Assembly: GCA_028688055.1 (NCBI GenBank)
Contig: JAQTYZ010000001.1
Coordinates: 178,910-242,909 of the forward strand
From: Patescibacteria group bacterium
Lineage (GTDB): Bacteria; Patescibacteriota; Patescibacteriia; Buchananbacterales; UBA6539
Direction of reading: 5' to 3'
Length of the DNA stretch: 64,000 nucleotides
A program made the translations under genes and the position numbers. This document shows positions 57,856-64,000 of this stretch, in pieces (position 1 is the first letter of the stretch; each line of letters starts with the position of its first letter). The notes beneath the pieces were generated by a model. The model made no database searches, was not told the origin of the DNA, and worked only from the letters and a program-made list of their open reading frames with translations.

Positions 57856-59416
57856 TTTTCTTGTTTTTGGTAAGATAGAGTAAGGCCGTTAAGGTGATTA
57901 TTAAACCCGACACCGACACACTGATCACGTTGTGAAATTTAATGGGCGAAATTTTATCCTTTAAATATGTATTATAAACAAATGATTTAGATCCAGTCGT
58001 GGTTAAGTATTGCCAATTTCGATCATAAGTATATTTTTCTTCATGACCGGTAATTTTTTCCAAACCTAAGACTTCAATTTTGGGCGGGTTTTTACTGGTG
58101 GTGATAGCACCCAACGAATTTATCCAAACTGATTGTGAGGCAAAGTAGAGGAAGACAATTAAAAGTAAATATTGATAGCGCCACTCCGTCAGCATAATTG
58201 CCAGGCCAATCGCTAGGAGGGCGTAGCTTGGTATCAAGTAGCGCGCGCCAAAGGCCCAACCGCCATAGGGGTCGCCCCACATTGCATAAAGTAAAACATT
58301 CATGCCAACAACGGCGACAAGCGTGGTGGCTAACAGTGAGCGTTTTTTAACCAGTAGATATAATCCGGCTAAGCCAAAAAGAATAACCGGCGTAAAATTT
58401 GTAATCCCACGATCTTCACTGATAATGAGTTCATAAAAGCCATTAAGTAAATTTCTGGTTCGAAAAAAACCAATGGCATTTTTTTCCGGTAAATCTTTTT
58501 TGGTCACCGCTTCCAAATCATAGGGCAGGGGAACATTAACCGGCTTGCCACTAGCGTCGATGGCTTTGACGGCTGGTAAAGTTCCCGATAGCTGAAAGGG
58601 ATTACCATATGACGACCAATTGAACCACAAGAAGAAAGCAATCGGTAAAACCATCGCGAGCAATGTTGCTATTTTTATATATTTAACTGACAGGATATAT
58701 TTTTGCTCAGTCTTTTTTAGACTAATAATTTTACCTAAAGAAAATATCCCAATGGGAAATAGTAAAAATAAATTAGGATAATCAATGGGAATAGCGGCCG
58801 CGGTTAAAAACCATACTAAAGCCAGTGACCAAAATTTGTTCGGCCAACGACTGAGCAAATATAGTGAAAGTAATATTAAAAAAACAGATACATGATGTTG
58901 ATACAGGCTAACCGCATAAGCATAGGCCGGCGTAGCAAATAAAAATATCGCAGCCGCAATGGTGGCCGCAATTTTTTTTGCCCCTAAACTAATGGCGATA
59001 GCTCTAACAAGTATGGCGTTAAACAAAGCAAAAAGCGTGATAATAAAAAAGGCACCAACTTGTGATAAATTGAACATTTTTCCGATTTCGTAGCCAGGAA
59101 TAATCAGATACGAAATACCAGGCGCAAATAATGACACAAACTTGTCACCAGCAAGCCCTAAATCAGGGGTGGCAAACTTGGCAATGGGCAAGGAAAAAGA
59201 CATTGATTTGTCTTCCATCACCGAGTACATCAGCGCATAGCGGCCTCGTTCGGGCGATAATTCAAGCGGGCCGTCGTCTTTCCACACCGGACTATTAAGC
59301 GCTAAACTGTCAGGGTTACCAGCCATACCGCGTAAACTAATTGCTAGGATGATTAAACAAAAAACAAAAAATAACGCGGTAAAAAATTTTGAATTAAATT
59401 TAATTTTTTTTATCAT
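57839..59416 (-). CDS. GT-C-like multi-pass membrane protein
   Basis: Multiple TMs; WGDPYGGWAFGARYLIP. Confidence 0.65.
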   Translation of the reverse strand: MIKKIKFNSKFFTALFFVFCLIILAISLRGMAGNPDSLALNSPVWKDDGPLELSPERGRYALMYSVMEDKSMSFSLPIAKFATPDLGLAGDKFVSLFAPGISYLIIPGYEIGKMFNLSQVGAFFIITLFALFNAILVRAIAISLGAKKIAATIAAAIFLFATPAYAYAVSLYQHHVSVFLILLSLYLLSRWPNKFWSLALVWFLTAAAIPIDYPNLFLLFPIGIFSLGKIISLKKTEQKYILSVKYIKIATLLAMVLPIAFFLWFNWSSYGNPFQLSGTLPAVKAIDASGKPVNVPLPYDLEAVTKKDLPEKNAIGFFRTRNLLNGFYELIISEDRGITNFTPVILFGLAGLYLLVKKRSLLATTLVAVVGMNVLLYAMWGDPYGGWAFGARYLIPSYALLAIGLAIMLTEWRYQYLLLIVFLYFASQSVWINSLGAITTSKNPPKIEVLGLEKITGHEEKYTYDRNWQYLTTTGSKSFVYNTYLKDKISPIKFHNVISVSVSGLIITLTALLYLTKNKKNERLF

Positions 59417-60327
59417 TTTAGTATTTTGGTAGTGTGAGCCATTTTCCAAACAGCGGTCATTTTTTTTTCGGATTTTTTGGCCTTAATTTTACAATAAATA
59501 TTTACCAAGTAGATATAGCCGCAAAGAATTGGATGGCGTAGAAATTGGGCAAGATAGTTTGGTAAACGTACGGCAAAAGGAATATGGTACTCTTGGGCCA
59601 CCAGTTTTTTTGGAAAATATCTGGCCATCCTTAACGGCGCGGCATCAAATCTAGTGTTTTGTTTGAGATGATCCTTTAAATTTTGGGGTGATCTAAAACT
59701 GACCGTGGCCGTAGTTACATAGCGGTATTGAAGTCCCAGCTGGCGACAGTAAAAATAAGTGTAAGCATCATTGGCGATCATATCGGACGGTATTTTGAGT
59801 TGCTTATAAAAACTTTTTTGGTATGCCAAGAGTCGGCCGTCAGCGGAAAAAACATTATTACCACCGCGGACGGTCTGACGGAATAATAAAAAAGCCTCAA
59901 CCGTGCAATTAACGGCCTGCTCCAAAAAAGTAGTGGCGGTTAACGGATGAGGATGACCGCCGCACATCACAACGTTAGGCTCGCTGATAATGGGTGATAT
60001 CAAGTTTGCAACCACAAATGGGTTGTCGAAGATGACATCACAATCTGATTGAACAACAATGTCGCTATCAACCAGCGCATAAAGTTGGTTCAAGCGTGAG
60101 GATTTTCCGATTCGATTTTTAGCTTCAATAAGTTGAATTTTGTCAGACTTAAGCAATTTAATAATGTCACACGTTTTATCGGTTGAGCCATCAGATATAA
60201 TAACAATTTTTTCTAAATCAAAATTTGTCTGTTCTTGCTTTAAAACAGAATTTATAAAATTTAAAATATTATTTTCCTCATTGTAAGCACTGACGGCAAT
60301 GGTTACTGTTGGGATGAATTCGGTCAT
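59413..60327 (-). CDS. GT2 glycosyltransferase
   Basis: SAYNEE, SDGSTD, SDCD, KQNTRF. Confidence 0.92.
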   Translation of the reverse strand: MTEFIPTVTIAVSAYNEENNILNFINSVLKQEQTNFDLEKIVIISDGSTDKTCDIIKLLKSDKIQLIEAKNRIGKSSRLNQLYALVDSDIVVQSDCDVIFDNPFVVANLISPIISEPNVVMCGGHPHPLTATTFLEQAVNCTVEAFLLFRQTVRGGNNVFSADGRLLAYQKSFYKQLKIPSDMIANDAYTYFYCRQLGLQYRYVTTATVSFRSPQNLKDHLKQNTRFDAAPLRMARYFPKKLVAQEYHIPFAVRLPNYLAQFLRHPILCGYIYLVNIYCKIKAKKSEKKMTAVWKMAHTTKILK

Positions 60328-61241
60328 ATTTTTTTTGATGACTTAGCTGGCTCGTAGCTGGTATGATTTTGTTGCTGGTTCAAAAAATAAATTAATCGGC
60401 TATAGAGTGCAATAAATAAATAAGCTATGGTTTGAATTGGAAATTTTATTAAGTAATAGATTATCGAACCCAGCAAATTTTTTAACGGAATTTTGGATTG
60501 TAACTCAACGGTCGTCGGGTCAAATATTAATTTCATCTTTTTTGAGCCATTGATATATCGCAAGCTTTGTTTGAGATGATCAGCCAAATTAGCCGGGGAA
60601 CGAAATAATATTTTGGCGTCATTGGAATAGACAAATTTAAAGCCATTAGTCAGGCAATAGAAAAAAGAATAAGCGTCTTCTGGAAAATCATTGGGCCAAC
60701 TTAGGTTTTTGTACATTGATTTACTAAAGGCTCGGGCGCGTCCATGACACAAATAGACGTTGTTAATATTTGGTAAATTGGTGTACAGATTTTGTTTGAG
60801 GTTATGGCTCGTGGCGATCACCGTTTCAAAAAATTTTGTCCCGGGTTGACTTTCGGTTGCCGCTCCAACGATTCCAACGTTGCTATCTTTTTTGATTGGT
60901 TTAATAATGTTTTCCAAAAAGTCGGTATTTGCTGGCAAAGTGTCGGCATCAAGTAATACTAAAATATCAGTGTCAGCAATCAAACATATTTTATTTTGAG
61001 CCGCCATTAAGCCTTGGCGTTCAATATTCTGAATAATTTCAATTTTTGGGTCATTAAACGAATTAACAATTTCTAGTGTTCGGTCGGTACAGCCATCAAC
61101 GACAACAATAATTTTTTTTAAATCTAAGGCTACCGTCCGTTGACCAAGCAAGTTGCTGATCAATTTGTCGATATTATCTTCTTCGTTGTAGGCGGGAATG
61201 CCGACAGTAACTGATACTTTTTTGGTAAAATTTTCAAGCAT
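60324..61241 (-). CDS. GT2 glycosyltransferase
   Basis: IPAYNEE, DGCTD, DAD, PED, KQSLRY. Confidence 0.92.
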   Translation of the reverse strand: MLENFTKKVSVTVGIPAYNEEDNIDKLISNLLGQRTVALDLKKIIVVVDGCTDRTLEIVNSFNDPKIEIIQNIERQGLMAAQNKICLIADTDILVLLDADTLPANTDFLENIIKPIKKDSNVGIVGAATESQPGTKFFETVIATSHNLKQNLYTNLPNINNVYLCHGRARAFSKSMYKNLSWPNDFPEDAYSFFYCLTNGFKFVYSNDAKILFRSPANLADHLKQSLRYINGSKKMKLIFDPTTVELQSKIPLKNLLGSIIYYLIKFPIQTIAYLFIALYSRLIYFLNQQQNHTSYEPAKSSKKI

Positions 61242-61242
61242 A

Positions 61243-62136
61243 TTATCGTTTAGTTGATATGTCAGTTTCCCAAAATCTTTTAGTGATTTGTTTTTTTCTA
61301 ACGTTACCTATTTTGACGTAGACTGAAACTAGGAAATATAATGTTGCTTTGACGGGTGAGGAAAAAAATATTTTTGTCGCTGCGACGAGGATAAGCCATT
61401 TCGGAATTTGGTATTCTTTTTTAATTTCGCTACCAAAATAATTTAGCAGCTCGTCATAAGAATTGATAAAGCGTCGACTCTGTTTGACGTGTTCTTTTAA
61501 CCTTAAGGGACTCTTGTTATAAACAATTGCTGACTGAAGGCTAATAAATTTACCGCCGATTTTTTTATTGACAAAATAAAGGTAAGCATCTGAATTAATT
61601 ATTACTTCAGGAATTTTATACTGCTTGGCAAAAGGAATCCTAAAAACCAGGCAGCGACCATTAGACATTAAATAATTATCGCCGTCATTCCATTTTAATC
61701 CAACCTGATCGCGGATTTTTACGCCGATTTCAAGAATTTTTTCAAAATAGGTTTGGGCCGGCATTGGCTTGACGTTTGTGCCAATCATCGTTAGGTTTTT
61801 GTTATTTTCCAAGCTCAACATAATTTCACTGATTGTATTCGGCTGAAAAATTATGTCATCTTGTGTTAAAATCAAAATTTCGGTCTCACACAGATTAATG
61901 AGTTGTTTAATCCTAGCCGTCTGCCCGCCGCGCTGGTCGTTAAATATTACTTCAACACCAAGACTGGTAAGCCGTTCTTCAATTTCTGGCTTAAGTGGAT
62001 TGCCGTCGATTGTTACAATTAATCGGAATTGGCCGACATTTTTTGAAGCTAAAATGCTTTCGACGGTTTTGATTATCGCCGGGGCGCCATAGTAGGTGGG
62101 TAGGCCAACAGTAAAATTGTTTAGCAAGTGATTCAT
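61243..62136 (-). CDS. GT2 glycosyltransferase
   Basis: LPTYY, IDG, QDD, KQSRRF. Confidence 0.85.
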   Translation of the reverse strand: MNHLLNNFTVGLPTYYGAPAIIKTVESILASKNVGQFRLIVTIDGNPLKPEIEERLTSLGVEVIFNDQRGGQTARIKQLINLCETEILILTQDDIIFQPNTISEIMLSLENNKNLTMIGTNVKPMPAQTYFEKILEIGVKIRDQVGLKWNDGDNYLMSNGRCLVFRIPFAKQYKIPEVIINSDAYLYFVNKKIGGKFISLQSAIVYNKSPLRLKEHVKQSRRFINSYDELLNYFGSEIKKEYQIPKWLILVAATKIFFSSPVKATLYFLVSVYVKIGNVRKKQITKRFWETDISTKR

Positions 62137-62137
62137 A

Positions 62138-62917
62138 TTATATTTTATTTAAACTTTTTATTCTTAGATAAAATTGAGCTTGAGGGTAAAACATTAATTT
62201 AAATTTCCACATTGAATGGGTGCGGTCAATTGAAATCCTAGGTATTTTTAATAAATCACAATTATCCGGGATTAGCTTATGGTCGACAGTAAAAGCCGCT
62301 TGAAAGCGTGCCTTTTTACATTCATCAATCACATCCTGGTTATATAAGCCCTTCGGATAAGCAAAAAAATTAACTTCATTTTTTAAAACATTTGATATCA
62401 TTTTTTTTGCAACGGCAATCTCATTCTTTAAATCTTTTTTAGAAATTTTTATCAAATTTTGGTGAGTCAATGTGTGACAGCCAATTTCCCAACCCAGGTC
62501 GGTAAATTTTTTTAAATATTTTGGAGTCAACAATTTTTTATTATTTTCTAATTCACTTCGGTTGGCTTGTTTTGGTTCAGCAATAAAAAAGATGGTCGCC
62601 GGCGCATTATATTTTTTTAAAATTGGCAAAGCATTAGTCAACAAGTCAGAATAGCCATCGTCAAATGTTATGGCAATGCTGGGATTTTCTGGTGATCTGT
62701 TTCCCGAGATATAATCGACGGCTTCGCTTAAACCGATAAAATCGTATTTTTTGCTTAAGTATTCTATTTGTTTTTTAAATTCGTCAATTTTAACATCAAT
62801 AATTGTGTCATCATTAGAAATTGAATGGTAACAAAGTATATAAACTTTTTTTGGCTTAGACAGTAATCCACTGACTGCGTTGCTAAATGCAAATTGTAAG
62901 CTATTTAATAATTTCAT
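62138..62917 (-). CDS. Polysaccharide deacetylase (CE4, IcaB/PgaB-like)
   Basis: ILCYH, TFDDG, CHTLTH, FAYPKG, IPRI. Confidence 0.92.
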   Translation of the reverse strand: MKLLNSLQFAFSNAVSGLLSKPKKVYILCYHSISNDDTIIDVKIDEFKKQIEYLSKKYDFIGLSEAVDYISGNRSPENPSIAITFDDGYSDLLTNALPILKKYNAPATIFFIAEPKQANRSELENNKKLLTPKYLKKFTDLGWEIGCHTLTHQNLIKISKKDLKNEIAVAKKMISNVLKNEVNFFAYPKGLYNQDVIDECKKARFQAAFTVDHKLIPDNCDLLKIPRISIDRTHSMWKFKLMFYPQAQFYLRIKSLNKI

Positions 62918-62924
62918 TTTTTTA

Positions 62925-63839
62925 TTAAACTATTTTTTTTGTCGATTTGATCATAGTCCATAAACCATTTTTTGGTATTGCTTCTTGATTTGGCAAAAAT
63001 CTCAGAATAATTTGCAGCATAATAGCTCCGCTGGTTATTATTGGGCTAGTTAGCAAGCGTTTTATAATGGCGATGTATTTAATCTTTCTTGGAATATAAT
63101 AATGGTGATCGATATTTTCTGAAAACATCAGCTCAATTTGTTTTTTTTCGTTAAGTGATCTTGATGCTTGCCTAAAAAAATCTTTCAGGTTACTAGGGGA
63201 TCGGTATTTTACGATGGCATTTTTTGCGACCCAAAATTGTCCACCAGAGGTAACACATGAGAGGTAGAGATATTGCTGATCAGCCACGGTACCGGCTGGA
63301 ATTTTGTAGCTATTGAGGAAACTTTTTCTAATGGCAGTTATACAGCCTGAAGAGTTGTAAATATTTCTTCCATCAAGATAGTTGAGCCTGACTTCCTGCC
63401 ACAGTAGGTCGGAACCATTTGTCAGTTTTTCGATAAACGTTTTACCTGGTAAAGGAATATTATTTCCTGATATGACAGTAATGTTATTATTGGTAGTAAA
63501 TGGGTAAACCATATTGTCAACCACATTATCATCAAATAAAACGATGTCCGCATCAAACTGTAACGAAATATTACTATCACATAGTGAATAAAGTTTGTTT
63601 AATTGATAGGCTTTTCCTTTGCGCTCATTAGTCACTTCAAGACTTATTTTGGAATTCTGGTGGGACATTCTAACTACAATTTCATTAGTTTTGTCAGAAC
63701 TACCATCGCTCAGGACAATAATTTTTTTTATTTCACAAAAAGTTTCCTTTTGAGTGAGGATTGATTTCAATACTTGTTCAATATTAGCTTCTTCGTTATA
63801 AGCCGGAATACCAATTGTGACACTTAATTTTTTATTCAT
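62925..63839 (-). CDS. GT2 glycosyltransferase
   Basis: IPAYNEE, SDGSSD, DAD, RQASRS. Confidence 0.92.
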   Translation of the reverse strand: MNKKLSVTIGIPAYNEEANIEQVLKSILTQKETFCEIKKIIVLSDGSSDKTNEIVVRMSHQNSKISLEVTNERKGKAYQLNKLYSLCDSNISLQFDADIVLFDDNVVDNMVYPFTTNNNITVISGNNIPLPGKTFIEKLTNGSDLLWQEVRLNYLDGRNIYNSSGCITAIRKSFLNSYKIPAGTVADQQYLYLSCVTSGGQFWVAKNAIVKYRSPSNLKDFFRQASRSLNEKKQIELMFSENIDHHYYIPRKIKYIAIIKRLLTSPIITSGAIMLQIILRFLPNQEAIPKNGLWTMIKSTKKIV

Positions 63840-64000
63840 ATCCAAGTTCCTTTAAAGTTTGTTGCCACATCTCAAGTGCTAGGCTTGGCGGCAATTTTAC
63901 ATCAGCGAACGTGACCATTTTATTATGGTCTACTTTTTTGATAAATTCCGCATTGGCCAGCAAACCAATTGGTACCGCGTTTGGATAGTCGGCAATTTTT
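63832..64000 (-). CDS. 3' end of an NAD(P)-dependent oxidoreductase with C-terminal SAF domain (partial)
   Basis: Reads ...AVPIGLLANAEFIKKVDHNKMVTFADVKLPPSLALEMWQ...*. Confidence 0.6.
   Translation of the reverse strand, partial: KIADYPNAVPIGLLANAEFIKKVDHNKMVTFADVKLPPSLALEMWQQTLKELGYE

Noticed and set aside
1-64000. CRISPR array, prophage, IS transposase, rRNA, or alternative genetic code
   Set aside because: No regular repeat-spacer array and no phage or transposase motifs seen; core genes translate intact under code 11.

Overview
This is a 64 kb AT-rich bacterial chromosome segment (code 11). Its gene set points to a Patescibacteria/CPR organism, probably ABY1-like; this is inferred from the short HrcA, archaeal-type PyrH, PrmC with NLPY, VirD4/TraM-like ATPase and CPR-type hypotheticals. 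Contents in order: the secA 3' end and an array of ~8 small house-cleaning genes, then mutM, uppP, mltG, pyrH, the L10 leader with rplJL, a reduced dcw cluster, cysS, corA, prmC/prfA/rpmE and a CIRCE-controlled hrcA-grpE-hsp20-dnaK-dnaJ locus. These are followed by tRNA-Glu with inserted cargo, an FMN-binding/ApbE/RnfD-FNR module, a pentose phosphate cluster with two gene fusions, and a glycan cluster. Main observations: (1) most junctions of the post-secA array carry a degenerate copy of the secA terminal SEC-C codons (KFKKCHGK*), suggesting an integrase-less cassette array accreted at the secA 3' end, with a similar 3'-end scar at tRNA-Glu; (2) DnaJ has HPH instead of HPD, and DnaK has Gln at the partner residue (E. 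coli R167), a candidate co-evolved pair; (3) six orphan genes have their own promoter and Shine-Dalgarno (SD), most with a terminator and a boxA-like leader, and one sits where the prmC start codon should be. All calls are by-eye motif recognition; no searches were run.
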